Shown: positions 32,362 to 44,573 of the stretch, piece after piece
Layout of the letters: the number at the start of each line of letters is the position of its first letter
How positions within the stretch are numbered: position 1 is the stretch's first letter
Source: an uncultured delta proteobacterium
GTDB taxonomy: Bacteria; Desulfobacterota; Desulfuromonadia; Desulfuromonadales; JACZKF01
Assembly (NCBI GenBank): GCA_963816395.1
Contig: CAWFKQ010000013.1
Location: 1 to 64,000 of the forward strand
Direction of reading: 5' to 3'
DNA length: 64,000 nt
The notes under the pieces: generated by a model
What the model was told of the DNA's origin: nothing
What the model saw: only the letters and a program-made list of their open reading frames with translations
Databases searched by the model: none
Program-made: the position numbers and the translations under genes

Positions 32362-32839
32362 TCATCTCCCTGCCGGGAGGAGATCCCACCCGCCATCTCC
32401 GAGCAGCCGCAGAACCTCTTGCTCCGCGCTGGTGCAGCTGCTGGCGGGCGCCGGGGCTGAGGCCCCGGCCGAAGCCGAAGTCGGCGGCCGGCACGGTGAC
32501 CAGCCAGGCGGGGGGAAGTCGGCCGTAGAGGCGCTCCGTCAGGGCGAGCAGGGCGGCGGGGGGGAGGAGATGGCCGAAGGGGGAAGGGGCCGGTGCCGCG
32601 GCCAGGGGGCGCAGGAGCGGCGCGGCTGGAATGGCCTCGTGGATGAAGGCGGCGTCGGCGAAGAGGGCGGCGGCGATGGCCGGGTCGGCAAGGCGGGGGG
32701 CGAGTTCGGGGGTGAGCTGCTGGCAGGTGAGGACCGCCAGGTCCGGCCGGCGGCATCGCCGGCCGATCCGCCGCACCAGCAGCGGCCCGGCGCCGTCGTC
32801 GCGGCGCAGAGAATTGCCGCAGCCGATCAGCAGGATCAT
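32362..32839 (-). CDS. hoxW: Hydrogenase maturation protease (frameshift near 32430)
   Basis: GCGNSLRRDDGAG, QQLTPELA, FGFGRGLS; directly follows hoxH. Confidence 0.8.
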
Positions 32840-32840
32840 G

Positions 32841-34271
32841 TCAGCCTCGCCGCCGGCGGTCGAGCAGTTCCCCGCCCGGGCCGCGCAGGAAAATCTCCAG
32901 CGGCATCCGGCCGACGGCGTGGGTGGCGCAGGAGAGGCAGGGATCGTAGAGACGGATGCCGTGCTCCACCCGGTTGAGCAGCCCCTCCTCCAGGCGGTCA
33001 CCGTGCAGGTGCCGGCGGGCGATCTGCAGTACCGTGCGGTTCATCGCCCGGTTGTTCTGGGCGGTGGCGATGAGCAGGTTCACCCGGGTGAGCAGGCCGT
33101 TGTCGTCCACCTCGTAATGGTGGAACAGCGTCCCCCGCGGCGCCTCGGCCATGCCGACTCCCCGTTGGGCGTTGACCCCGGCCCGGGCGCGCACATGGGG
33201 GTCGGTGATCACCGGGTCGGCCAGCAGCTCCCCCATCCTCTCGATAGCGTGCAGGACCTCGATCAGCCGGGCGTGGTGGTAATGAAAGCTGCCGCTCACC
33301 GGCCCGCCATCCCGACCGGCGGCGCGGAAGCGCCGCAGTTCCTCCTCGGCCAGGGGTGTGCCGGCCTTTGCCGCCACGTTGAGGCGGGCCAGGGGGCCGA
33401 CCCGGTACATCCCCCCGCCGTCGGCCTGCGGCCGGAAGAAGGGGAACTTCATGTAGCTCCAGGATTCCTCCGCCTCCCCGAAGAACTCATCGTAGCGCTC
33501 CGCCGCTATCCCCTCCTCCAGGATCCGGCCGGTTTCATCGATCAGGCGCAGCCGGCCGCCGAAGTTCTCCAGGGCGCCCTCGGGGGTCACCATCCCCAGG
33601 AAGAGGCTGGGGAAATCCCCGTAGGTGGCCGCCTCGGCCGGATGTTCCGCCAGCACCTGCCGGCTCAGCTCGAGAAAGCCCCGGGTCACCTGCAGATACT
33701 CGGGGAGCATGCCGGCGATCTGGTCGCGGACGGCAGGGGCGAGCGGTTCGCGCACTCCGCCGGGGACCACCCAGGTGGGATGGATGCGCCGCCCGCCGAG
33801 CAGGCGCACCACCTCCTGGCCGAACTGGCGCAGGCGGATTCCCTGCCGGGCGATCTCGGGGTAGGCCTCGATCAGGCCGAAGAGGTTGCGCCGGGCCGGG
33901 TCGCTCTCGAAGCCGAGCAGCAGGTCGGGTCCGCTCAGGTGGACGAAGCTCAGGGCGTGACTCTCGACGAAAGTGGCCGACTCCATCAGCCGCCGCAGCA
34001 GCACCGCCGCCGGCGGGATGGCCACCCCGAGGATGGCGTCCCCCGCCGCCGCCGCGGCCAGGGAGTGGCTCACCGGGCAGATGCCGCAGACCCGGGCGGT
34101 GATGCCGGGCATTTCCCAGAAGGGGCGCCCCAGGCAGAACTGTTCGAATCCACGGAACTCGGTGACCTGGAAGCGGGCATCGGCCACCTCGCCGCCCTCA
34201 TCAAGAGAGAGGGTGATCTTGGCGTGCCCCTCAATACGGGTGACCGGTTCGATGGTGACGGTGCTGGTCAT
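32841..34271 (-). CDS. hoxH: Bidirectional NAD-linked [NiFe] hydrogenase large subunit (group 3d)
   Basis: [38 protein letters not shown]. Confidence 0.94.
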   Translation of the reverse strand: MTSTVTIEPVTRIEGHAKITLSLDEGGEVADARFQVTEFRGFEQFCLGRPFWEMPGITARVCGICPVSHSLAAAAAGDAILGVAIPPAAVLLRRLMESATFVESHALSFVHLSGPDLLLGFESDPARRNLFGLIEAYPEIARQGIRLRQFGQEVVRLLGGRRIHPTWVVPGGVREPLAPAVRDQIAGMLPEYLQVTRGFLELSRQVLAEHPAEAATYGDFPSLFLGMVTPEGALENFGGRLRLIDETGRILEEGIAAERYDEFFGEAEESWSYMKFPFFRPQADGGGMYRVGPLARLNVAAKAGTPLAEEELRRFRAAGRDGGPVSGSFHYHHARLIEVLHAIERMGELLADPVITDPHVRARAGVNAQRGVGMAEAPRGTLFHHYEVDDNGLLTRVNLLIATAQNNRAMNRTVLQIARRHLHGDRLEEGLLNRVEHGIRLYDPCLSCATHAVGRMPLEIFLRGPGGELLDRRRRG

Positions 34272-34322
34272 GGTTTGCGCCTTTACAGGTTGATTTTCGG
34301 ACAGCGGGCTCCGCTCTCTATT

Positions 34323-34505
34323 CCTGAAAAGTTCGACTTAAGTCAGTGAAAAAACCAGATAACGCAAAGACGCAAAGCTGAGAACCAAGGCGCAGAGAAA
34401 ATCCGTAAGACTGTTCGCTTTACATCCTTTGCGACTTTCATTTCCCTTTGCGCCTTAGCGTTAAAATTCTTGCTTTTCATCGCCTTCGGGTGTGCCGCAG
34501 GTACA
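34323..34505 (+). repeat. ~180-bp dispersed repeat, copy 1
   Basis: Near-identical to 56547..56726 and to the reverse complement of 63289..63465. Confidence 0.9.
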
Positions 34506-34517
34506 GGGGGGACTGCG

Positions 34518-35069
34518 TTACCCGAAGGTGCGCTCCGCGGGCGCCAGGTCCACCTCTTTCCCTTCGAGCAGGGCCGTCACCGCCGCCCAGATGCGCTCAG
34601 GTGCGGGCGGGCAGCCGGGGATGAAGCCGTCCACCGGCAGCACCTGATGCAGGGGACAGGCCTTCGGCAACAGCTGCGGCAGCGTCCTGGCCGCCTCCGG
34701 GCCGTCGGGAGCGTTCCCCGGCCCGCGGTGGTAGGCTTCGGCGAGCACCTCACCGGCGGGGAAAAGGTTGCGCAGGGAGGTCACATTGCCGGTCACCGCA
34801 CAATCGCCTAAGCTGACCACCACCCGCGAGTTGGCCCGGATGATCGGCAGCAGCTCAAGATCCCGGGTGTTGGTGACCGCTCCCTCGACCAGGGTGATGT
34901 CGACCCCAGCGGGAAACTCCTTGGCATCGGTGAACGGGCCGTAGACCAGTTCGATCCGTTCGGCCAGCTCGATCAGCCGCTCCCCCAGATCGAGAAAACT
35001 CATGTGGCAGCCGGAGCAGCCCCCCAGCCAGACGGTGGCGAAGCGAATTTTGGCATCGGAAACGGGCAT
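34518..35069 (-). CDS. hoxY: Bidirectional hydrogenase small subunit
   Basis: [26 protein letters not shown]. Confidence 0.93.
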   Translation of the reverse strand: MPVSDAKIRFATVWLGGCSGCHMSFLDLGERLIELAERIELVYGPFTDAKEFPAGVDITLVEGAVTNTRDLELLPIIRANSRVVVSLGDCAVTGNVTSLRNLFPAGEVLAEAYHRGPGNAPDGPEAARTLPQLLPKACPLHQVLPVDGFIPGCPPAPERIWAAVTALLEGKEVDLAPAERTFG

Positions 35070-35103
35070 GGGAATTCTCCAGTGCGAGGGGGAAGAAAGA
35101 TCG

Positions 35104-35821
35104 CTATCCCCCCGTCTCGCTGCTCTTACGCCTTTCCAGGATCTCCAGCAGAAAACTCCGGTCCTTGACCATCTCCCCGACCGTCACCCCCTTGCTGAAC
35201 AGGGCGCCGGTCGGGCAGACCTGGACGCATTTGCCGCAGCGGGTGCAGCTGGTGCTTCTGCCCCAGGGGCGGTCCAGGTCGAGCACCACCCGGCTGGCCG
35301 CGCCGCGGCCGCGCACGTCCCAGGTGTGGGCGCCTTCCACCCGGTCGCACACCCGCACGCAGCGGGTACACAGGATGCAGCGGTTGTGGTCGAGGCCGAA
35401 GAGATCGTGGCTGGTGTCGACGGGCAGGCGCGGGTTGAGGTAGTCGAAGCGCACGTGGTCCACCCCCAGTTCGGCGCACAGGCGACTGCAGCTCGCAGTG
35501 GCCGTTGACCACGCAGACGGCGCAGTAATGGTTGCGCTCGGCCATCAGCAGTTCGAGGAGCATCCGGCGATAACCGTCCAGCCGCCCGTTGCGGGTGACC
35601 ACCTCCATCCCTTCCGCGGCGCGGGTGGTGCAGGAGGGCATCAGCCGTTTCTCGCCGGCGATTTCCACCACGCACAGGCGGCAGCCGCCCCAGGGCTCCA
35701 GTCCCTCCAGACGGCAGAGGGTGGGAATGTGAATCCCGGCGTCAGCGGCGACTTCCAGGATGGTCTGCCCCTGGCGGCCGCTGACCAGGTGGCCGTCGAT
35801 GGTCAGGGTAATGACCGGCAT
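35104..35821 (-). CDS. hoxU: Diaphorase Fe-S subunit (frameshift near 35480)
   Basis: IPTLC...[15 protein letters not shown]...[27 protein letters not shown]. Confidence 0.92.
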
Positions 35822-37539
35822 CAGGAGCCCTCCCCGTCTGGCGCGCCGCCGGCAGGCGGCGGAGATGTTCCTCGGCCTCCCTGGCCAGGGAGCTTCCGGT
35901 CATCCGGCAGACCCCGGCCGGGCAGCGCCGCTCGCGGATATGGGCCAGGTACTCGTCGGCAAAGTACTTCAGGGTGGCGCGCACCGGATTGGGGGCGGCG
36001 GCGCCCAGGCCGCAGAGGGAGACCTCGCGGGCCAGGTCGCAGAGCTCCTCCAGGCGCTCGAGGTCATGTTCGCCGGCGGCGCCGCTGCCGATGCGGTCGA
36101 GCAGCCGGTACATCTCCACCGTCCCCACCCGGCAGGGGATGCATTTGCCGCAGCTCTCCTCCAGGCAGAACCCCATGAAAAAGCGGGCCAGGTCCACCAT
36201 GCAGACGCCCTCCCCCATGACGATCAGCCCGCCCGAGCCCATGATGGAGCCGAGGGCCGCCAGCCGCTCGTAGTCCACGGGGGTATCCAGATGCGCCGCC
36301 GGGATGCAGCCGCCGCTGGGGCCGCCGGTCTGGGCCGCCTTGAAGGGGCGGCCGCCGGTCATGCCGCCGCCGATGCCGAAGACGATCTCCCGCAGCGTCG
36401 TCCCCATGGCGACCTCGATCACCCCGGTGTCCGCCACCTCCCCGGTGAGGGCGAAGACCTTGGTGCCGCGGCTGCGGTCTACCCCCAGGGCGGCGAAGGC
36501 CGCGGCGCCGCGGCGGATGATGGGGGGAACGGCGCCGAGGGTCTCGACGTTGTTGATCAGGGTGGGAAAGCCCCACAGCCCCCGCTGCGCCGGGTAGGGA
36601 GGACGGGGAACCGGGCTGCCGCGGCGGCCCATGATCGAATTCATCAGCGCCGTCTCCTCGCCGCAGACGTAGGCGCCGGCCCCCATGCGCAGGTCGATGC
36701 GGAAGCTGAAACTGCTCTCCAGGACCCGGGCGCCGAGCAGGCCCAGACGCTCGGCATCGCGGATGGCCTGCTGCAGCCGCCGGGCCGCCACCGGATATTC
36801 CCCGCGCACATAAACGTACCCCTGGGTCGCCCCGACGGCATAGCCGGCGATGGCCATCCCCTCCAGCAGGCGGTGCGGATCGGATTCCATCAGGGTGCGG
36901 TCCATGAAGGCCCCGGGATCCCCCTCGTCGCCATTGGCTACCACGAACTTGCGCTCCCCCGGCGCCTTGCGCATCAGCTGCCACTTGAGGCCGGTCGGGT
37001 AGCCGGCGCCGCCGCGGCCGCGCAGGCCGCTGTCGGCAATGGCGGCGCAGACCTCCTCCGGACTCATCTCGTGCAGGGCCTTGGCCAGGGCCGCATAGCC
37101 GTCGGCAGCCACGGCATCGGCGACATCCTCGGGGTCGATCAGGCCGCTGTTTTCGAGCACCCAGCGGTTCTGCCGGGTAAAGAAGGGATGGTCCGGGGGC
37201 AGGACCGACAGGTCCGGCGCATTCCCCTGATGCAGGTGCTTTTCCAGGATTTCCCGAGCCGTTTCGGGGGTGACCCGCTCATAGATCACCTCCGGCTCGC
37301 CAGCCCGGCGGACGATAACCAGCGGCCCGCGGCTGCAGGGGCCGAGGCAGCCGGTCGCCTGTCACCACCACCTCCCCCGGTCGGTCGCCGGCGGCCAGCG
37401 CCTCCTCCAGCGCCCGGCGCACCGCCGGTGCCCCCGAGGTGAGGCAGGGGGTGCTGAAGCAGACCTGGAACCGGACCGGGATTGCCGCCTGCGCCCGCTG
37501 CGCCGCGTCCCGGAGATGGTGCAGTTCCGTCCGGTTCAT
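35742..37539 (-). CDS. hoxF: Diaphorase FMN subunit (frameshift near 37350; true stop may be 35821)
   Basis: [42 protein letters not shown]. Confidence 0.92.
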
Positions 37540-37556
37540 GCCTGCCTCCGAGTAGT

Positions 37557-38086
37557 TCAGTGGCCGCTTTTTTCGCTCCCCTGGTTTTCGTCCAAGGAGT
37601 TTTCGCACCTGGCTCTATCGTCGAGGCGGGCGCCGCGTGGCCGAGCACCCGGTCGTCGAGGGTCAGCATGGGTGCCAGGGTGCAATTTCCCAGACAGCGC
37701 GCCGTCCCCAGGCTCAGCCGCCCGTCGGCGGTGGTCTGCCCGGCCGGCAGGGCAAAGGCCTCCTCCAGGGCGGCGACAATTCCCCCGGCTCCCTTGATGT
37801 GGCAGACGGTGCCGGTGCAGACCACGCAGTTGTGGGCACCCTTGGGCTGCAGGGAGAAGAAATGATAGAAGGTGGCGACGCCGAAGACCTGGCTCTCCGG
37901 CAGGCGCAGGGCGCGGGCGACGTAATGGAGGACTTCCTCGCTCAGAAAGCCGTAGGCGTTCTGAGCCACGTGCAGAACCTCGATGAGGGCATCCGGCTGA
38001 TGACGGGCTCGCCGAATCGCCCGCTCCACCTGCCGCAGGCGCGGATCGACCGCCTCAGTATGTTCCACTGGTTTCCCTTCCGCCAT
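37557..38086 (-). CDS. hoxE: [2Fe-2S] subunit (3' frameshift)
   Basis: [25 protein letters not shown]. Confidence 0.9.
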
Positions 38087-38260
38087 GGCTTCTCCAGCTT
38101 CTTTACCGGCCGCGGTACGCGCCGGCAAGAGGCAGCAGGGCAATTCCGCCCTACCAAGGTAATGGAAAAAAGGCCTTTTTCAACTGGCGGAAGGTGAATT
38201 TCCAGGGCTGTCTCCGGCAGTGGAAGAGAGGGGAAAGGAGGAGGATTTCTCCTCCGCATG

Positions 38261-38292
38261 AAAAAAGCGACCCCCGCGGAGGTCGCTTTTTT
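38261..38292. terminator. Bidirectional intrinsic terminator
   Basis: AAAAAAGCGACC...GGTCGCTTTTTT. Confidence 0.8.
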
Positions 38293-38312
38293 CGAGACGG
38301 AAGGCTGGGCGT

Positions 38313-38800
38313 CTATTGGCAACGTTTTCCGTGCCGGCCACGGCCTTCACCCATCCAGGGACCCATTTTGCCGGCCTGTTCCCGCTGCTGCGGGGTGAGG
38401 ACGGTGAACACCTGGTTCTGCACCCGCGCCCGGTGGACCATCAGCTCGGTCTGGGTGGCCGCCTGCTGCTCGGCCAGGCCCGCACCTTGGCTTCGTCGAA
38501 GGTGCTGCTCCAGGCAAGCTCATGCAGCTTTTGGCGATTCTGCCGCAGCTGCTGGCGCAGGTCCTGGGTCCCCTGCCATTCTTTCTGATGGATGGCCTTG
38601 ATCTGCGCCACCTGGGCGTCGGTCAGGTTGAGCGCCTTGGCCATGTTTGCCAGTCTCGGCGGCATCTGGCTGCCGTCGAATCCCTGGCCGGTGGCCGGTG
38701 GATTCCCCCCTGCGGCGGGAGCGGCCATGGCCTTGGTGAAAAGGGCACCGCCGATGGACATCATGATGACCAGTACGCTGATGACGAACCTGTTTTTCAT
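38313..38800 (-). CDS. Spy/CpxP-family periplasmic chaperone (frameshift near 38480)
   Basis: Signal peptide, LNLTDAQ and VLTPQQ (LTxxQ) motifs. Confidence 0.85.
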
Positions 38801-38879
38801 CTCATTTCTCCTTTCGAGGCTGCAGGTCGGTCGAGGTTCTTCGATGGATTCAGCGTAGCCGGTTTCCTGTTAATCGGAG

Positions 38880-38905
38880 GTAAAATTGCTGTAAAGGAAT
38901 GTAAA
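38880..38905 (+). promoter_or_regulatory. CpxR-like operator
   Basis: GTAAA-N6-GTAAA-N5-GTAAA about 80-105 nt upstream of the Spy/CpxP gene. Confidence 0.6.
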
Positions 38906-38923
38906 GTAATACCGGGAACTTGC

Positions 38924-39256
38924 CTATTTCGATCGGTCGACCATGTACTGGACCGCAGCCTTGACCTGATCGTCGCTCAGGCTGGGATTCCCGCCCTTGG
39001 CCGGCATCTGCTGGAAACCGTGGATGGCATGGTCATACAGGGTCTGCATCCCCTGGGCGATCCGCTCCTTCCAGGCCTTCTGGTCGCCGATCGGGGGGGC
39101 GCCCAGGACCCCGGAGGAATGACAGGCGGCGCACGTATTTTCATAGACAGCCTTGCCATTGGCGGTGTTCTGGCCGGACGATTGGTCCATGGCCTGTACG
39201 GGGAGGGCAAAAACGAGCAGCAGCAAAAGGGATGGCCAGAAAAACTTCGGTTGCAT
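38924..39256 (-). CDS. Cytochrome c5-family monoheme cytochrome
   Basis: Signal peptide, CAACH, MPAKGG. Confidence 0.92.
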   Translation of the reverse strand: MQPKFFWPSLLLLLVFALPVQAMDQSSGQNTANGKAVYENTCAACHSSGVLGAPPIGDQKAWKERIAQGMQTLYDHAIHGFQQMPAKGGNPSLSDDQVKAAVQYMVDRSK

Positions 39257-39475
39257 GATTTCCTCCTGTTTGTTCGCGCGGGTGAATGAAGCGGATAAAA
39301 TTTACCCCCATTTCCAAGCTTTTCAACCCGGCATCCTGCTCCAGGGGGGTAGGGGGAGCCGGCACCGAATCGATTAATTTTATTTTCACTCCAAATGAAA
39401 CTTCGCGTAAAGTGCATTCACCCTTATTCATGGAAAAATATTGCCCGGGACGGGATCGCGGGGGGGTGCCAGAGC

Positions 39476-41316
39476 ATGAACGAAAAACCTGGAAAACCTG
39501 ACAGCGGAAAGGAAAAGGGGTTGCAGGGCCGATCGCGCTCCTGGCCGCGGGCTCTTCGTTTCTTTTATTTCCGGATCTGGCTGGCGGAGACCTATCAGGC
39601 CGCCGAACGGCACCAGATCCTCTTCTGGGCCGGCTTGGTGGGGGTCCTGGGCGGCCTGTCATCGGTGGCGTTCCGCAAGGTGCTGGCCCTGACGGCTTTC
39701 TTCCTCACCGGGCATAGCGGCGGCATGGTTGAGATCTTCTCCCAGCTGCCGGCCTGGAAACGGCTGCTTCTGCCGATGGCCGGCGGCATCGTTGCCGGTC
39801 TGCTGATCAATTACGGCGGCAAGCTTAAATCGAGCCGGAGGAAGACCACCGATTTCATGGAGGCCGTGGCCCTCGGCGACGGCACCCTGTCCTTTTCTTC
39901 CAGCGTGGCCAAAACCCTGTCCGCCCTCTCCTCCATCGCCTCCGGCGGCTCGATCGGCCGGGAAGGGCCGATGGTGCAGCTGGCCGCGCTGATGGCTTCC
40001 CTGGTGGCGCGGACCCGATCCTGGACCGTGTCCCGGCGCCGCCTGATTCTCGCCTGCGGGGCCTCCGCCGGGATCGCTTCGGCCTACAACGCGCCGATTG
40101 CCGGCGCGCTCTTCGTCGCCGAGATCGTTTTGGGTTCCATCGCCATGGAAACCTTCGGCCCGCTGATCCTGTCCTCCGTCCTGGCGACCCAGGTGGTCCA
40201 CTTCCTCGCCGGGAGCACGCCGCTGTACGCCATCCCCCCTTTCCAACTGAACTCCGGCCTGGAACTGTTTCATTTCCTGCATCCTCGGCCTTCTCGCCGG
40301 TCTGCTCGCCCCCTGGTTCCTGCGCGCCCTGCGCGGCAGCGAACAGCTTTTTGCCGATACCCGGCTGCCGATATCACTGCGCATGGGGCTGGGCGGGCTG
40401 ATCGTGGGCCTGATCGCGATGTGGCATCCGCAGGTCTGCGGCAACGGCTACAGCGTCGTCACCGGCATTCTGCACGAGGAATGGCTCTGGTCGAGTCTGG
40501 CCGTCATCATGCTGCTGAAGGTGGTGGCCACCTGCTCCAGCTTCGGTTCGGGGGCGGTCGGCGGCGTCTTTACCCCGACGCTGTTCATGGGGGCCAGCCT
40601 GGGCTATCTCTTCGGCCACGGCTGGCAGGCCCTCGGCTTCGGTACCCTGCCCAATCCCGGCGCCTTCGCCCTGACCGGAATGGGGATGTTCCTGGCGGCA
40701 ACCACCCAGGCGCCCGCTCATGGCGATCATCATCATTCTGGAAATGACGCTGGACTATCAGCTCATCCTGCCGCTGATGCTGGGGTGCGTCGTCGCCTAC
40801 GTCGTCGCCCGCTCCATCGAACCCCGATCGATTTACAGCCAGGCGCTCGAACGCAAGGGGGACGTTCACCTGGAACATGCGCTGCTCCGCCTGCGGGTGG
40901 GGAACCTGATGAAGCCGGACCCGGTGCGGGTGCGCGAGGAAACCCCGTTCAGGGAAATCGCCGGGCACTTTCTCCTGCACACCTCACGCTATCTGTACGT
41001 GGTCGATGCCGCGGAGAACTACCTGGGAGCCATCAGCGTCGAGGACATCAAGGAGCACCTGGGCAGTTCGTCCCTGGCCGATCTGGTCATCGCCAGGGAT
41101 CTGCTCCGCCCGAACCCCCAGGGGATCGCTGTGTCCTCTTCCCTGGAAGAGGCGCTGCAGCGGTTCACCCTGCATGAAGGGGAGCGTCTGCCGGTGGTGG
41201 CCGACGGCGCCGCGCCGCGTCTTCTGGGGAGCATCGCCAAGACCGATCTGCTGCTGGCCCTGGCCGACCGCCTGCCGCTCGGCCAACGGGTGCCCGTGGA
41301 CGGCAGGGGCGAGTGA
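39476..41316 (+). CDS. ClC chloride channel family protein (ClcB-like) with CBS domains (frameshifts near 40278 and 40717)
   Basis: GGSIGREGP, YNAPIAG, GGVFTP, C-terminal CBS pair. Confidence 0.88.
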
Positions 41317-41356
41317 GGTTCAAGGTGGGGCGGTCAGCCCCCGATTCTAAGGAAGC

Positions 41357-42050
41357 TTAATTTTTCCGGGATACGCCTGAAAGCTGCGTCTCCGCCAGCG
41401 ACCGCACCGCAGGCAGAATGCGGCGGACAATTTCCGCCACTCCCCGGCTGTTGGGGTGCAGGCCGTCCGCCTGGGTCAGACTCCGGCTTGCCGAACACCC
41501 CCTGGAGGAAGAAGGGATAGAGGGCGACGGCGTATTTCTTCGCCAGCCGGGGATAGATGGCGTCGAAACGGCGGACGTAATCCGCCCCCAGGTTGCGCGG
41601 GGCGCGCATGCCGGTGAGCAGGGTCGGGATTTTTCGTCTCCGCAGGGTGGCGAGAATGGCCTCGAGGTTCGCCTCGGTGTCCGCCGGGTCGAGGGCGCGC
41701 AGGGCGTCGTTGCCCCCCAGTTCCACGATCACCAGGTCCGGGTCCCCCTGCAGGACCCAGTCGAGGCGCGCCCGGCCGCCGGCGGTGGTGTCGCCGGAGA
41801 CCCCGGCGTCAATGACCGTAGCATCGAGGCCGCTGCGGCGCAGGGCTTCTTCCAGGCGGGCGGGAAAGGCATCGCCGGCGGGCAGGCCGTAACCGGCGGT
41901 CAGGCTGTCGCCGAGCACGGCGATGGTGAGCCCGGCGCCGGCAGCGATCCCGGGGAAAACCGCCGCCGGCGCCAGCAGGAGCAGGCAGAGGCCAAGGTGA
42001 AGTGTACGCCGGAGCGGAAGGCGGCCGGCGAAGGAGAAGGGAAGGCGCAT
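41357..42050 (-). CDS. SGNH/GDSL arylesterase (TesA-like; frameshift near 41480)
   Basis: GDSLTAGYG, GVSGDTT, ELGGND, then DGLHPN in the shifted frame. Confidence 0.88.
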
Positions 42051-42182
42051 GGCGGATCCATTGGCGGTGGGAAACAGTCTCAAGTTTAGGCGGTGGCCGC
42101 GGAGAGGTCAATAACCGGCGGATCGCGGCAGGAAACTGTCCCCTCGGAAGAGCGCGGGATCGCCCTGAATCGCTGATGGGAG

Positions 42183-42226
42183 GCAGCAGCAAAGGGCAGC
42201 CGCGCCGGCTGCCCTTTGCTGTTGCA
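42183..42226 (-). terminator. Long hairpin downstream of pckA
   Basis: GCAGCAGCAAAGGGCAGCCG...CGGCTGCCCTTTGCTGTTGC. Confidence 0.6.
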
Positions 42227-42246
42227 GGGAGATCGGAGGAAGCCGT

Positions 42247-43855
42247 TTACACCTTCGGCCCGGCCTGGGTGTAATCGAAGTCATCCCCGTCTTTGATGTA
42301 CTTCTTGAAATTTTCGATGAACATGCCCGCCAACTGGTTGGCGGTGGCGTCGAACTTCTCCCTGTCGGCCCAGGAGTTGCGCGGGTTCAACAGGGCGCTG
42401 TCGACGCCGGGCAGGGCTTTGGGGATGCTGAGACGAAAGCCCCCGGTCTGCTCGAATTCGGCTTTCTCGATGCTGCCGTCGAGGATGGCATTGACGCAGG
42501 CGCGGGTCGCCTTGATGCTCATCCGCTTGCCCGACCCCGTAGCCGCCGCCGGTCCAGCCGGTATTGACCAGATAGGCGTTGACGCCGTGCCGCGCCATCT
42601 TCTCTCCCAGCAGCCTGGCGTAGACGGTGGGATGCAGCGGCAGGAAGGCCTCGCCGAAGCAGGCGGAGAAAGTCGCCTGCGGCTCGGTGACGCCGCGTTC
42701 GGTGCCGGCCACCTTGGCCGTGTAGCCGGAGAGGAAATAATACATCGCCTGCTCCCTGGTCAGCCTGGCGACCGGCGGCAGGACACCGAAAGCATCGCAG
42801 GTGAGAAAGATGATGTTCTTCGGATGGTCGCCCATCAGGCTCGGCTCGTGGCTTTCGATGTGTTCGATGGGGTAGGAGACGCGGGTGTTCTCGGTCTTGG
42901 AGGGGTCGTCGAAGTCGATCACCCCCTCCTCGTCCGCCACCACGTTCTCCAGCAGGGCATTGCGCTGGATGGCGTTGTAGATCTCCGGCTCGCTTTCGGC
43001 GGAGAGATTGATGCATTTGGCATAACAGCCCCCCTCGAAATTGAAGATGCCGTCGTCGTCCCAGCCGTGCTCGTCGTCGCCGATCAGCTTGCGGCCGGGA
43101 TCGGTGGAGAGGGTGGTCTTGCCGGTGCCGGAGAGGCCGAAGAAGAGGCAGACGTCCCCTTCTCTGCCGACGTTGGCGCTGCAGTGCATGGAAAGGATTC
43201 CCTGCAGCGGCAGCCAGTAGTTCATCATGGTGAAGATGCCTTTTTTCATCTCCCCGCCGTACCAGGTGCCGCCGATTATGGCGATCTTCTTCTCGATGTT
43301 GAAGGCGATGAAAACCTCGGAGTTCAGGCCGTGGCGCTCCCAGTTCCGATTGCTGAGCTTGCTGGCCTTGTAAACCGTGAAGTCGGGGGTGAAGCCGGCC
43401 AGGTCTTTGGCGCCGGGGCGGATGAACATGTTTTTGACGAAATGCGACTGCCAGGCGAATTCGGTCACGAAGCGCACCGATTTGCGGGTCTTTTCGCTCG
43501 CCCCGCAAAAGCCGTCGGTCACGTAGAGGTCCTTGCCGGAGAGATAGTCGATCGTTTCGGCATAGAGTTCATCGAAGATTTCCGGGGCCATCGGCTGATT
43601 GATATTGCCCCAGGCGATGTGACGAAAAGAGGGGAGCTGATGGACGAAATACTTGTCCTTGGGAGAGCGGCCGGTATATTTGCCGGTGTCGACCATCATC
43701 GTGCCATTGGCGGCAACCGCCCCCTCCCGGTTGCGGGTTTCGTGGGCGAAGAGCGTCTGGTAATCGAGGTTGTGATAGATCCTGCCGATGCTTTTCAGCC
43801 CCAGCTTCCCGGCGGTCAGGTCGGTGATCTCGTCCATGTCGGTCGCTTGTTCCAT
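42247..43855 (-). CDS. pckA: Phosphoenolpyruvate carboxykinase (ATP) (frameshift near 42530)
   Basis: [40 protein letters not shown]. Confidence 0.95.
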
Positions 43856-44099
43856 GTTTGGCTCCCTGGCGGATGAATGGGCCGTTTCAGCGGCCGGTCT
43901 CGTCTATATCTTTCGCTAATTCACATATTTGCGAAACTTCTCGGCCCCTTTATTGAATCCGGTAATTATATCCAGTTCACTTAAAATAAAAAGTAAAAAG
44001 TCAGATTTAAAAATATGAGGCACCGCCCCGAAAATGGAGCGGTGCCTGCAATTTTTGGCGAAAGGCTGGCCGTCGCTAACATCTCTGTCCCGCTGTCCT

Positions 44100-44573
44100 T
44101 CAGGCTGCTGCCGGCGGCGCCCCCCAGGCCGCGAGTTCGCGCGCTACCCCAGCCAGCGCCTGGGGGAGGGCGGCGGCCACCGCCGGGGTGAGCTCCAGCC
44201 CCACCTCGATGGAAGCCGGCTGCACTCCCCAGACGACCAGTTCCGCCGGCAGGTGCCCCTGCAGTTCGGCGACCGCCAACAGGTCCTGCACTCCCATCTG
44301 GTGTACCGACAGCTTGCCGGCGAAGGCACGCGGCACTTCCTCGCCGGTGAGGCGGAAAACGGTCCCTGGGGCCGCTCCCAGATCGACGGCATCGAGGATC
44401 AGCAGCCGTTCGATCCCCTCCAGTCGGGGCAGGAGGTCGAGTCCCAGCGTGCCGCCGTCCACCACCGCCACCGCCGGAGGAAAACGAAAACCGGCCAGTT
44501 CGGCCACCGCCCGGGGACCGAAGGCATCGTCGGTCATCAGGGTGTTGCCCAGGCCGAGGACGAGGATGCTCAC
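44100..44573 (-). CDS. hyaD: Hydrogenase maturation endopeptidase
   Basis: LGLGNTLMTDDAFG, VDGGTLG, SVHQ. Confidence 0.9.
   Translation of the reverse strand: MSILVLGLGNTLMTDDAFGPRAVAELAGFRFPPAVAVVDGGTLGLDLLPRLEGIERLLILDAVDLGAAPGTVFRLTGEEVPRAFAGKLSVHQMGVQDLLAVAELQGHLPAELVVWGVQPASIEVGLELTPAVAAALPQALAGVARELAAWGAPPAAA

Noticed and set aside
39300..41316. Fluoride exporter ClC-F with crcB riboswitch
   Set aside because: Motifs are GREGP/GGVFTP rather than GREGT/GEVTP, and I see no fluoride riboswitch consensus upstream.
43911..43936. Imperfect palindrome upstream of pckA (TTTCGC...GCGAAA)
   Set aside because: Does not clearly match Rex or another motif I can name.
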